A DNA stretch of 32,000 bases from Pirellula sp. SH-Sr6A (GCF_001610875.1 NZ_CP011272.1:662397-694396), one strand, 5' to 3'; positions 18,243-27,788 are shown, counted from the first letter of the stretch. Made by a program: numbers and translations. The notes: generated by a model not told the origin, from the letters alone.

Positions 18243-19940
18243 TTAGATGATGTTAACGAGAGTTTCGAGGAGGTCGGAAGCGACCGACACGAGACGCGAT
18301 TGCGCTTGAAAAGCTCTCTGAAAGAGCATCATCTTGACCGCTTCTTCATCGAGATTCACCCCGGAGATCCCCAGGTGCTTGGACTCGAGAGTCTGTTGAA
18401 AGTTACGGAGTCCATCGGCGATCCCTTTTTGAGTATTGATCTCGCGGGTGGTATCCGAAATGATCGCATCATAGATACCGTTCAGGCTGCGACCGCCCAA
18501 GAGGGAGGAGGGACTATTGAAGGCTTCCGCCAATCGAATGGCGTTCGCTGCACCGTTTCCGACACCGCTGGTACTGATCGCGAGCTTGGTCGGGTCTTGG
18601 GTAATCTCCGAGCGGACTTGAATGGTACTGGCGGTATCTCCAGTAAAGAACGTGTTGATTCCCAGGGATGCCAGAGCACCACTGGTGTCGTTCGAGAAGC
18701 TGAACGTTAACGCTTCGGATTCGGAGCGGATTTCGAATCGACCATTATTGGTAACGGAAGCGGATAGCCCTACGATCGAGTCGATGGCTGCCGCGAGCTG
18801 TTCGGGTGTGGTATCGGTCGTCATTCCCTGCTGGCGAACAGGGATTTCGTAAGTGGTGGAACTACTGGTTCGTCGGTCGGTCAGCGTGATCGTGAACGAG
18901 CCGTTCTCGATATTGAAGTCAGGGTTGGAAACTTCCAATGGTACATCGGTCTTGTTAACGATGACCTCGCTCTGGAGACTTCGAAATCCTTGGGACCCTT
19001 GGCCTTGCGAGTGGATTCGGTTCACAACGTGAATGATGTCCCGGGTCAGCGAGTCCAATTTGCCGAGAAATCCTTGGCTGGTTGCCATCTGGGCCGCTTC
19101 GTACAATCCGCGAATCTTTCCACCTGATACGTTGACACGCGCGTCGGTGTCTTCGAACCGCAACTCAAGATTCGAGAATTCGCCATCGTCCACCAATTCG
19201 GCTTTGACTTTGCGAGGGATGGCATCGGTGACCAAATAGTCCCCTCCGACAAACACGGTGACCGCACCGTTAGGTTGCTCTTGCGTCGTGATGTCGACGT
19301 AGTTGGAGAGTTCGTCCATCGCTTTGAGTCGTTCGTCGCGCAGGCCGACGGCATCGGACATCGAGCCTCCTTCCATTTCTACGATCCGTAGATTTAGCTT
19401 GGCAATGGAATCCACCAATCGGTTGATTTGTTGAACGGCCTGTCCTACTTCATCCCGATTGCGGAGCGACGCTTTGGTCACGCTATCGGAGACGGATCGG
19501 AGCTGCGACGCGAGTTCTTGCCCACGCTGGATCGCCAAGGCGCGGATCGATTCACTTCCGGGTTGATTCGCGACCTCTTGAAAGGCGGAGGAGAGGTTGC
19601 TCATCCGGGTCGAGATATCGTTCCCGGTCAGCTCGTTCAAAAATGATTCGAGTTCGCCGTTGGCTGACTCGAGGACTTCCTGATAGCTAAGTTGACTTTG
19701 CGTCTGTCGCAGTCGTTCGAGAACAAAGTTGTCGAGTTTTTGTTCGACCGCGACAGCTTGGACGCCCTGGCCGATAATCAAATCGCCAGCTCGGTATCCC
19801 AGGGCGGGAGCGACGACGAGATCCTGGCGGACATATCCAGGCGTATTGACGTTGGCAATGTTATTGCCGACGACTTGCAGACCGAGTTGATTCACCCGAA
19901 GTGCATTGGCAGAACCTTGGATCGCGCTGAATAGACTCAT
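18243..19940 (-). CDS. flgK: Flagellar hook-associated protein 1 (FlgK)
   Basis: 565-aa ORF. N-terminus LFSAIQGSANALRVNQLGLQVVGNNIANVNTPGYVRQD and C-terminus SGVNLDEEAVKMMLFQRAFQAQSRLVSVASDLLETLVNI are FlgK hallmarks. Confidence 0.96.
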   Translation of the reverse strand: MSLFSAIQGSANALRVNQLGLQVVGNNIANVNTPGYVRQDLVVAPALGYRAGDLIIGQGVQAVAVEQKLDNFVLERLRQTQSQLSYQEVLESANGELESFLNELTGNDISTRMSNLSSAFQEVANQPGSESIRALAIQRGQELASQLRSVSDSVTKASLRNRDEVGQAVQQINRLVDSIAKLNLRIVEMEGGSMSDAVGLRDERLKAMDELSNYVDITTQEQPNGAVTVFVGGDYLVTDAIPRKVKAELVDDGEFSNLELRFEDTDARVNVSGGKIRGLYEAAQMATSQGFLGKLDSLTRDIIHVVNRIHSQGQGSQGFRSLQSEVIVNKTDVPLEVSNPDFNIENGSFTITLTDRRTSSSTTYEIPVRQQGMTTDTTPEQLAAAIDSIVGLSASVTNNGRFEIRSESEALTFSFSNDTSGALASLGINTFFTGDTASTIQVRSEITQDPTKLAISTSGVGNGAANAIRLAEAFNSPSSLLGGRSLNGIYDAIISDTTREINTQKGIADGLRNFQQTLESKHLGISGVNLDEEAVKMMLFQRAFQAQSRLVSVASDLLETLVNII

Positions 19941-19960
19941 CGTAGAATGATCCTAAGGGA

Positions 19961-20449
19961 TTAGGCGGCTTCGTTCATCAAGAATCCACCTTCCATGCTC
20001 CGCGCTTCTCCAGGTGCGTAGGTAGCGGTATCAGCGCGACCGGTGGCCAGCACGAGAAGCATTTCCGATACCAGCGACTTGCTCTGGTACGCGCTCATCC
20101 ATAGTGTGATGCTCAGTCTTTGGATTCGGTTCAGTTGCAGCTCCAATTGGGAGATGCGATGGGTCCAAAGCGCTGGCCATTGGGCGTCCATATGGCGGGA
20201 CAGTTCTTTGAAATTGCGAGCATGAAGGCCCATCGCGGCCGCCTGATCCAGTAGCTCTTGCCTTTCGCGTTTGCAATCCGCGATCTCGAGGTGGATCAAT
20301 TCCGCTTCGGTGCAGGCGAGTGCCATGGAGTCCAGATCGGATTGCAGGTACGCCTTTTCGACCTCCTGCAGTTTGGACTCCCACAGATGGAGGGCGTCCG
20401 AAAACCGATCCAGCCACAGTCCGATTTGGTGAAGAAGCGTTGGAACCAT
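19961..20449 (-). CDS. FlgN-like flagellar chaperone (putative)
   Basis: 162-aa helical ORF just upstream of flgK in the same direction; the context matches FlgN but sequence support is weak. Confidence 0.5.
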   Translation of the reverse strand: MVPTLLHQIGLWLDRFSDALHLWESKLQEVEKAYLQSDLDSMALACTEAELIHLEIADCKRERQELLDQAAAMGLHARNFKELSRHMDAQWPALWTHRISQLELQLNRIQRLSITLWMSAYQSKSLVSEMLLVLATGRADTATYAPGEARSMEGGFLMNEAA

Positions 20450-20488
20450 GAGAATCCAGTGTTCTTAGTACGAGATCGAGAATGGCCG

Positions 20489-20512
20489 AAAGGCCCTCGC
20501 GGGCCTTTCGTT
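20489..20512. terminator. Strong hairpin, probable terminator between the BBP7-like and flagellar genes
   Basis: cgaaaggccc (20489-20498), loop tcgc, gggcctttcg (20503-20512): a perfect 10-bp stem 17 bp past the minus-strand stop of the BBP7-like gene. Confidence 0.7.
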
Positions 20513-20528
20513 TACTGTTCGCGTTCAG

Positions 20529-21908
20529 TTAGAACTGGACCGTGTATCCCAGATCCAGGCCATGCAGGAAGTAGGTATCGGTTTGGAATCTCGGGAGCGG
20601 TCGGCTCATGACTCCATTGATATTGGCGAAGTCGATGGTGGTATCGATTTGGTCTGCAGCCAATGCAACGTTTGGCATCACGAGCAGAGTGTATCCGACA
20701 CCGATTTGACCTCGTCCCAGTCGATACTTCAGCTTCGCACCTGCTTCAGGAAGGAAGGTGAATCGATCGCGGCTGGTTGTTCCGCTGTTTTGCGGTTGAG
20801 CAAAGAGCCCACGATCTTCGGTAGCAGCCGGAGAGTTGGGAGGCGTTTCGCTGTAGAAGCCTGAGGTTTGGGTTCTCTGCTCCATGTTCCCCAACGCGAC
20901 TTTCCCGAGGAGACTCATGGTGAAGCGACCCGATGTCAGATCGCTTGCAAATCCGATGTGCCCCCCATGGAACGTGTTTTTGGTCCCAAAGTTATCGCGG
21001 GTTACGATCACGGTACCATTCTGGATCGGATTCGTAATTCCATCGGTTACCGAGGTCTCCAGCGTGTATCCGCTATCGAGTCGCATGAACGTGTAGCCGG
21101 TTAGAAGATCGATGCGGTGAGCGGAGTCGCCGATCATCAATGTGCGAAGCGACGCGTCCGCCCCGATGAAGTTGAGGTCGGTCGATTCGGTGATGGTACC
21201 GGTGTTCGCACCGTTGGGCGATGCGTCCAGGTTGACCAAGTAAAAGGATGGTCCTGCGTTCACGTCGAAGTAAGCGACACCGTTGGAAACTCCGGTGTTG
21301 CCAAACGTTTGAGACGTTTCACTTCCGAAGAGACCATAAACGCGGCCTTGCAGACCATAGTTCTTGTCGCAATCGAGCCACTTGCCAGCGGTGACACGCA
21401 TGCCGGCGAACATTTCGTTGCCGACTGGATTGTCTTCGCCACCGCTCAGCACGTTGACTGGGAGACCGCCAGGAGTGTTGCCCGACATGATCAATGGTGT
21501 GTTGGTAAAGCCCTTGCCCCACCATAGGATCGCTTCGGTTTCGACCCAGCTGGTTCCCAAATCACCACAGCTAGCCATCGACTCGCATCCGGAGCCCGAT
21601 TCGCAACTTCGCGAACTGCTGGCATGATGGCTGGCGAGAGTGCCAGGAACATGAAATTCAGCTGGCTGAAATGAGACCGGATGGTTCGTCGTTTGGGCGA
21701 ATGGAACGGACGGTTCCATCGACCGGATGTTCCCCATACGAGGATCACTACCGACGGTCCCTTCGCCTGAAGCAGAGTTGTCTGCAATGCGACCGCTGCT
21801 AGCGAGAGGGGAGGATTGCGGGACGTCTTGGCCTACGGCATACGCAGACGCACTCGTTCCGCATAGAGAGGCAATAATCAAAGATAGGGTCTTACGATTG
21901 ATTTTCAT
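20529..21908 (-). CDS. BBP7-family outer-membrane beta-barrel protein
   Basis: 459-aa ORF with signal peptide (MKINRKTLSLIIASLCGTSASAYA). VETEAILWWGKGFTNTPL, alternating amphipathic strands and an aromatic C-terminus (LDLGYTVQF). AGAAGGAA ribosome-binding site upstream. Confidence 0.8.
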   Translation of the reverse strand: MKINRKTLSLIIASLCGTSASAYAVGQDVPQSSPLASSGRIADNSASGEGTVGSDPRMGNIRSMEPSVPFAQTTNHPVSFQPAEFHVPGTLASHHASSSRSCESGSGCESMASCGDLGTSWVETEAILWWGKGFTNTPLIMSGNTPGGLPVNVLSGGEDNPVGNEMFAGMRVTAGKWLDCDKNYGLQGRVYGLFGSETSQTFGNTGVSNGVAYFDVNAGPSFYLVNLDASPNGANTGTITESTDLNFIGADASLRTLMIGDSAHRIDLLTGYTFMRLDSGYTLETSVTDGITNPIQNGTVIVTRDNFGTKNTFHGGHIGFASDLTSGRFTMSLLGKVALGNMEQRTQTSGFYSETPPNSPAATEDRGLFAQPQNSGTTSRDRFTFLPEAGAKLKYRLGRGQIGVGYTLLVMPNVALAADQIDTTIDFANINGVMSRPLPRFQTDTYFLHGLDLGYTVQF

Positions 21909-22235
21909 TTGTTCCTTCTCGCTAAGCAGAGCCTTGCGTATTGTTCGAATAATCAGATCGGCCGGAATCCTCAGAAGCTAAGACAAAAATGCTACATCAC
22001 GCAAACTCGGCCCATTCCCCCCATCCCACCAAACAGACTCAATCCGTGGGATTTCAGGGGTAGAAACCGCCCGAAGAGGGGGAATGTGATCGGTTGAAGC
22101 GTTAGAATGTCGGGCTGGAGATCTTGCGGCGGCCCCACCGAGCGCTGAAATCGAATCCATTCCCCTTTTTCGAGACCGCGCAGCATCCTAGGATGAACTC
22201 GCATTTACCCTCTTCGCGTCCGAGCTCCAACCGTT

Positions 22236-24401
22236 ATGAATAGCAGCATTCCATCCAGCCAAAACGCAACAGGGGATTCAAACGGGGATAGCTTCATGAA
22301 CACGCCTCCCATCCCCTCGGCGAGTTCCCCCCCGCCGCCAACGCGAAATCGAAATCCGAAAGAGACTTCTGCAGCGGTTCCACCCACGCCCGGTCTTCCC
22401 CCGACCACGAAGGCCGCATCGGAAAAGAAACTACACCTCCCCTACAAGCCACACGTTTCGGCAGGTTGGAAACTACCCGGGGTCGCCCAATACAAAGTCA
22501 ATCAGTGGCTGGGACAAGTCCGCTTGGTCAATTCGTGGGAATCGCAGCGCAGGGGGCTGAGCGATAGCCAGATCCGCAAGGAAGCGCTTTCGCTTATCTA
22601 CAGAGCCAAAAGTGGAGAACTGCTCGAAGATCTGCTCCCAGAGACCTATTCGCTCGTTCGAGAAGCGGGCCGCCGTGCGATGAACATGCGTCATTACGAT
22701 GTTCAGATTCTCGGTGGTACCTGCCTGTTCTACGGTTGCATTGCCGAAATGCAAACAGGGGAAGGAAAAACGCTCACCGCCACCCTACCGATGGTGCTCC
22801 ATTCCTTGGTAGGTAAAGGTGCTCACTTGGCCACCGTGAATGATTATTTGGCGGAACGGGACGCCGATTGGATGCGTCCTCTCTATGACGCATTGGGATT
22901 ATCCGTCGGCATCGTTCTCACCAATCACAATCAGGACGAGCGTCGCCGCGCCTACTCCGCGGACGTCACCTATGGAACCGCGAAAGAGTTTGGCTTCGAT
23001 TTTCTGCGAGATCGTTTGTTGATGCGTGCGCAGGGCCGCGCGGTGGATGATTTCCTCGGTGCAGGGTCGAGCGAGCGGTGGTCTTCCTCGGGGGAACAGC
23101 CGGTTCAGCGTGGCATGCATTTTGTTCTGGTCGACGAGGCGGACAGCATTCTGATCGACGAGGCCCGTACTCCATTGATCATCGGCTCCCTCGGTGATGA
23201 AGCCCGGGAAGTGGTGATTGCCACTTACAAATGGGCAGCCAAACATGCTCCCCTCTTTGAATTGAAAGAGCATTTCACCATCGAAGAGGACAATCGAAAG
23301 ATTGAGCTGACAGGGAAGGGACGGCAGTTTGTTCGGGCGTTGCCACGCGATGAAGTCATTCGACTCGCGGCCTTGGTCGACCTTTACGAATATATTGAAC
23401 GGGCGATCAAAGTTCATCGCGACTTCTCGCTGGATCGGCAGTACGTTGTCCGAGATGGCGAAATTGTGATCGTCGATGAATTCACCGGGCGACTTGCCGA
23501 GGGGCGCAAATGGCGAGACGGTATTCACCAAGCCATCGAGGCCAAAGAAAACATTGATGTCTCCGTCCCCACAGGCCAGGCAGCGAGGATCACCGTCCAA
23601 GACCTCTTTTTGCGATACAAGCGTCTCGGTGGAATGACCGGGACGGCAGCCACCAGCGCGGGGGAGATGCGCCGCATCTATAAAACGCCTGTCGTGCAAG
23701 TTCCTACGAATAGACCCCCGAAACGGATTCGACTGCCAGACATTGTTTGCCCCGACATGATGACCAAATTCCACGCCATTGTCGAAGAGGTAAAGGGCAT
23801 TCACGCCAAAGGGAGGCCGATATTGATTGGGACCCGTTCGATCGATAAATCCTCGATCTTGGCAAATCTTCTGCGCGACGAAGGTTTGGGCGTTCAAGTC
23901 CTGAATGCGTATGAAGTCGAAAGGGAAGCAGAAATTGTTTCGCGCGCCGGAGAACGAGGCGCAATCACTGTCGCGACCAACATGGCAGGTCGGGGAACCG
24001 ACATCAAATTACAAGATGAGATCCGAGAGATTGGAGGGATGTTCGTTATCTGTACGGAGCTGCACGATGCGGCGCGCATCGACCGCCAGCTCATCGGACG
24101 ATGCGGTCGGCAAGGCGACCCTGGCTCCTACCGTCAATATCTCGGAATGGACGATGAAATCCTCCGGAATGGGCTGGGCGCAAAAGTATCCGAAAAGATG
24201 AAGAAGATCGGAGCCGCCGAGGTTCAGAATCCTCGAGCGATCCACAAACTCAATCGATTCGCTTCCCAATTCAAACGGGCTCAAAGAAAAGTCGAGAAGA
24301 AACACTTCCGAGATCGGATGGCCCTCCTTTATCACGAAAAGGAACGGACTAAGATTCAGAGAGAAATGGGACAAGACCCCTATCTCGATACTGCGGAATA
24401 A
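22236..24401 (+). CDS. SecA-like preprotein translocase ATPase, short/divergent form
   Basis: 721-aa ORF with MQTGEGKTLTATLP (Walker A), VDEADSILIDEARTPLII, GGMTGTAATSAGEMRRIYKTPVVQVPTNRP, NMAGRGTDI and RIDRQLIGRCGRQGDPGS. It ends shortly after QRKVEKKHF. Confidence 0.9.
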   Translation: MNSSIPSSQNATGDSNGDSFMNTPPIPSASSPPPPTRNRNPKETSAAVPPTPGLPPTTKAASEKKLHLPYKPHVSAGWKLPGVAQYKVNQWLGQVRLVNSWESQRRGLSDSQIRKEALSLIYRAKSGELLEDLLPETYSLVREAGRRAMNMRHYDVQILGGTCLFYGCIAEMQTGEGKTLTATLPMVLHSLVGKGAHLATVNDYLAERDADWMRPLYDALGLSVGIVLTNHNQDERRRAYSADVTYGTAKEFGFDFLRDRLLMRAQGRAVDDFLGAGSSERWSSSGEQPVQRGMHFVLVDEADSILIDEARTPLIIGSLGDEAREVVIATYKWAAKHAPLFELKEHFTIEEDNRKIELTGKGRQFVRALPRDEVIRLAALVDLYEYIERAIKVHRDFSLDRQYVVRDGEIVIVDEFTGRLAEGRKWRDGIHQAIEAKENIDVSVPTGQAARITVQDLFLRYKRLGGMTGTAATSAGEMRRIYKTPVVQVPTNRPPKRIRLPDIVCPDMMTKFHAIVEEVKGIHAKGRPILIGTRSIDKSSILANLLRDEGLGVQVLNAYEVEREAEIVSRAGERGAITVATNMAGRGTDIKLQDEIREIGGMFVICTELHDAARIDRQLIGRCGRQGDPGSYRQYLGMDDEILRNGLGAKVSEKMKKIGAAEVQNPRAIHKLNRFASQFKRAQRKVEKKHFRDRMALLYHEKERTKIQREMGQDPYLDTAE

Positions 24402-24408
24402 TCCATCG

Positions 24409-25509
24409 ATGGCCATGCCAGCATCTGCTGATCCGCTCACGTCCCTGGCTATTCATTCGCCTCGTCCGCGCAAAAACAGCACTCTGATCTTGCCCGGTTT
24501 TAAACCGTTGTTGGACAGCTTTTTGATCGGACCTGAAAACGAGGCCTTGCGGGAGCTATCGCAAGCCACTTCGATTGCCAAACTTCACGAACGAAGTCCA
24601 TTGCTCCTGTTGGGGTCCTCGGGTGTTGGAAAAACCGCGGTCGCCATGACCCTGGCGACGCGTTGGATCAACGATGCCCCCAATCGAACTTATGCGATCG
24701 TCTCCGCCCTGGACTTCGCAAGGTCGATGGTGCTCGCTATCGAATCCGATGACATGCCCCGCTTCCGCGAACAGTACCGCCAAGTCTCTTGTTTAGTGAT
24801 CGACAATGCCCACGAGCTCAGCGGAAAAGAGGGCTCGCAGAACGAATTGATCGAGGTCCTCAACGCTCATGAGGGCCAGGACTCATTGGTGATTCTAACC
24901 TCACTCACCTTGCCGGCCTTCATTCCCGGTTGGAACCATGCGTTGGCTAGCAGAATGATCGCGGGTTACAGTTTGGAATTGCAGCACCCGGGTGCAACCA
25001 CCCGTTCCGAACTGATCAAAAGATTGAGCGATGCACAGTCGCTTCCTATTTCGGAAGAAGAGAGAAATGAAATCAACTCCCAGCTGGGTGACAATCAATC
25101 TCTTCATCAACTCCAAGGGTTATTGCTCCGTTGGCGGCATCACCATCGAGCCCACGAGGGACGTGTGAAGCCGAACAAGTCAAAAGTCATCGAATCGTTG
25201 GTGGAGTCGCAAACCCCCTCTCCGAAAACTCCCCTCGAGATTGCAAAGTCGGTCGCGAGGGAAATGCGACAAACCATGGAAGCAATGAGAGGCCCAAGCC
25301 GCAAAGCAAGCGTGGTTCGGGCTCGAGGGCTAGCCATGCATTTGATCCGGGAGTGGACAGACGCCTCCTACCAAGCGATCGGCGGTTTATTCGGAGACCG
25401 AGACCATACGACCGTCATGCATGCGTGCAAGAAAATCGAGGATGCTATTGCCAGCGATCCCGAGCTCTTGCGGTGCATCGACCGAGTTCGCCAAAAACTC
25501 CTCCCTTGA
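24409..25509 (+). CDS. DnaA-like AAA+ ATPase with DnaA domain IV
   Basis: 366-aa ORF. Walker A LLGSSGVGKTAVA, Walker B-like CLVIDNAHEL, and a C-terminal DnaA-box-binding-type motif (FGDRDHTTVMHACKKIEDAI). Confidence 0.8.
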   Translation: MAMPASADPLTSLAIHSPRPRKNSTLILPGFKPLLDSFLIGPENEALRELSQATSIAKLHERSPLLLLGSSGVGKTAVAMTLATRWINDAPNRTYAIVSALDFARSMVLAIESDDMPRFREQYRQVSCLVIDNAHELSGKEGSQNELIEVLNAHEGQDSLVILTSLTLPAFIPGWNHALASRMIAGYSLELQHPGATTRSELIKRLSDAQSLPISEEERNEINSQLGDNQSLHQLQGLLLRWRHHHRAHEGRVKPNKSKVIESLVESQTPSPKTPLEIAKSVAREMRQTMEAMRGPSRKASVVRARGLAMHLIREWTDASYQAIGGLFGDRDHTTVMHACKKIEDAIASDPELLRCIDRVRQKLLP

Positions 25510-25561
25510 TCCGAACACTGTGCATCGTTGCATCCGGATAGGCGGCTGGTATATTGCCTGG

Positions 25562-26503
25562 ATGAATACACCGCCAATGATTACTTGGATGCAAAGCCTC
25601 TCGGATCCGATCCGCGCCCGCCTGCTGAGGTTGCTGGACCGATCGGAGTTAACCGTGGCGGAATTGTGCACCACATTGCAACTGCCGCAAAGCACGGTGA
25701 GCCGGCACTTGAAAGTCCTGGTAGATGAAGCGTGGATATCCTCTCGCCGGGATGGGACCAGCAACCTCTACCGCATGCGAAATTCCGAAATTGACGCGGG
25801 ACAAAAGAAACTCTGGCAAGTCGTGAAACTACAGAGTGTTCTGGAGTCCACGGCAGAACAAGACGATGCACGATTGGAGCAGGTTATCGAAGCGAGGCGT
25901 TCACGTTCCCAGGCGTTCTTCTCCTCCAGCGCCGAAAAGTGGGACCGAATGCGCAGCGACTTGTTCGGAACCCGGTTGGACGCATTCGTTCTCGCCTCTC
26001 TAGCCAATCCGGATCTGATCGTTGGTGATTTGGGATGCGGCACGGGCGCCTTCTCCCATTTCGTGGCTCCTTGGGTGCGGAAGGTGTTTGCGGTCGATGG
26101 CTCGTCGACCATGTTGCAGTCCGCTCGTAAGCGACTCAAGGATTTTTCCAACGTGGAAGTCCGCAAAGGAGAGCTTTCGCATCTCCCGCTCGAGGACGAA
26201 TCCCTTTCCATTGGGGTTATGGCTTTGGTGCTCCCCTATCTACCCAGTCCATTGGACGCATTGCGGGAAGCGCATCGGGTCGTGCAGGTACGAGGTCAAT
26301 TGATTCTTCTGGATATGCTCCCCCATGATCGTTCGGAGTATCGCGAGCAAATGGGGCACCAGTGGCTCGGTTTTTCGGAGCAACAAATGAGTACTTGGCT
26401 GGAAGATTCCGGATGGAGTCTCGATCGACTCCTCCCGCTTCCCCCCGATCCAGATGCGAAAGGGACGGGACTTTTCCTCGTTAAAGCCACCCGCAATCGA
26501 TAA
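25562..26503 (+). CDS. ArsR-family transcriptional regulator fused to SAM-dependent methyltransferase
   Basis: The ORF is open from 25421; the likely ATG is 25562. Winged-helix part: SDPIRARLLRLLDRSELTVAELCTTLQLPQSTVSRHLKVLVD. Class I methyltransferase part: VGDLGCGTGAFSHFVAPWVRKVFAVDGS. Confidence 0.88.
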   Translation: MNTPPMITWMQSLSDPIRARLLRLLDRSELTVAELCTTLQLPQSTVSRHLKVLVDEAWISSRRDGTSNLYRMRNSEIDAGQKKLWQVVKLQSVLESTAEQDDARLEQVIEARRSRSQAFFSSSAEKWDRMRSDLFGTRLDAFVLASLANPDLIVGDLGCGTGAFSHFVAPWVRKVFAVDGSSTMLQSARKRLKDFSNVEVRKGELSHLPLEDESLSIGVMALVLPYLPSPLDALREAHRVVQVRGQLILLDMLPHDRSEYREQMGHQWLGFSEQQMSTWLEDSGWSLDRLLPLPPDPDAKGTGLFLVKATRNR

Positions 26504-26620
26504 GGTTTACCGAGCTTTCGCCATAGGCAAACTTCGATTTGTATGAATTCACACGATCACAAAGCCGATCCGCAGACTTAACGTGGTTTTCTCCCATCGC
26601 GAAAAGTCGGAGTCACATCT

Positions 26621-27529
26621 GTGCTGCGTCTCTCTATCATTGTTCCGTTTCTGGATGATCATGCAAAATTGGAATCTACTTTGCTGTCATTGCTTGAAAA
26701 CCGGAACTCGGACCTCGAGATACTCGTGGTTCACAACGGAAATTATGACGACCCCTACGACTTGGGTGCTGACGAAGTCGTCTTGATCCAAGCTCCGACC
26801 AGCTTTGGGCACTCCGAGTCTCTCAATCTTGCGATCGCCACCGCGAGCGCCCCGACGGTGCAGATCTTGCTACCCGGAATGCGCGTTCAAAAAGACTGGT
26901 ACCAACCCGCGTTGGCCAAGTTGGGACGAGAGAATTGGGACGCTGTCGCGTCTCCTTGCTCCGTCGAGCAAACCCATCAAGTTATTTTCGGGTTGGATAG
27001 GACGGCGCTTCCCCATCGACGCTTGGCGACTCGCATTTCGAATCAGGCAGTACCCCTTCTAGCAGGAACACTGTTTCGCAAGAACGTTCTTTTGCTCATC
27101 GGTGGCCTTTGCCCTCAACTCGGACGCGAGGGGGCGGAAGTCGAATTGCAATTGCTCATGGATGCCATGGATTTGCAGACAACCATCGTTTCCGAAGCCT
27201 TGATCCAAGGTCCACAGCGCGTGGTCGCTGGAATGGACATCGGCTTTGAGATGGGCAAGATTTGCGGCCAGATCGCTTGTGCCTATGGCGCAGTCGAAGG
27301 GAGTGGTGTCGAAGTCGATTCGCTAGCGAAACAACTTGGGCATCTCGCAGGTGGCTTGATGAATCCCAAGTCGGTGGCGGAACGGTTGGGTTGGGTGATG
27401 GGCATTCGCGACCGATCCTTGGAAAGCTTTATCCGGGACCGTTTGGTGACTGCCGCAGAAAAATTGGACGAAGCAGAAGAAGTCGCGATGCGAGTCCACG
27501 ACTCCAAGTCGGTACGCCGCGCCGCGTAA
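26621..27529 (+). CDS. Glycosyltransferase family 2-like protein
   Basis: 302-aa ORF with N-terminal LSIIVPFLDDHAKLESTLLSLLENRNSDLEILVVHNG and NLAIATASAPTVQILLPG, consistent with a GT-A fold, though the usual DXD motif is not clear. Confidence 0.65.
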   Translation: MLRLSIIVPFLDDHAKLESTLLSLLENRNSDLEILVVHNGNYDDPYDLGADEVVLIQAPTSFGHSESLNLAIATASAPTVQILLPGMRVQKDWYQPALAKLGRENWDAVASPCSVEQTHQVIFGLDRTALPHRRLATRISNQAVPLLAGTLFRKNVLLLIGGLCPQLGREGAEVELQLLMDAMDLQTTIVSEALIQGPQRVVAGMDIGFEMGKICGQIACAYGAVEGSGVEVDSLAKQLGHLAGGLMNPKSVAERLGWVMGIRDRSLESFIRDRLVTAAEKLDEAEEVAMRVHDSKSVRRAA

Positions 27530-27788
27530 ACCTGGGAAGCAGAACGCGGTTGGAAGCAGACCAAGGCAAGGCAGGAGGAGTTCCACTCGAACTCCTTGGA
27601 TCGAACGACGAAAACGCGAAGATGCCGATTATGAAGATTTGAAGAACTTGAGCGGCTTCATGAATTTCCGGTGAACGGTGTGTGAAGGGATCATCGATAT
27701 TCGATGCAACCCCTTCGATCCCTCCATTCCGAAGAAGTCGATGCCTTCACCATACCGCTTCCGACACCGAGCCCGAGTCTTGGCCTCT

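Noticed and set aside
21909-22235. Divergent intergenic region as a possible replication origin near the DnaA-like gene
   Set aside because: No cluster of DnaA boxes (TTATCCACA-like) or AT-rich unwinding element was seen; it is a plain divergent promoter region as far as I can tell.
27530-27788. The roughly 260-bp interval before the porin gene as a possible regulatory RNA or Pho-box region
   Set aside because: No Pho-box direct repeats, convincing hairpin or conserved RNA motif was visible; it also contains an in-frame extension of the porin ORF.
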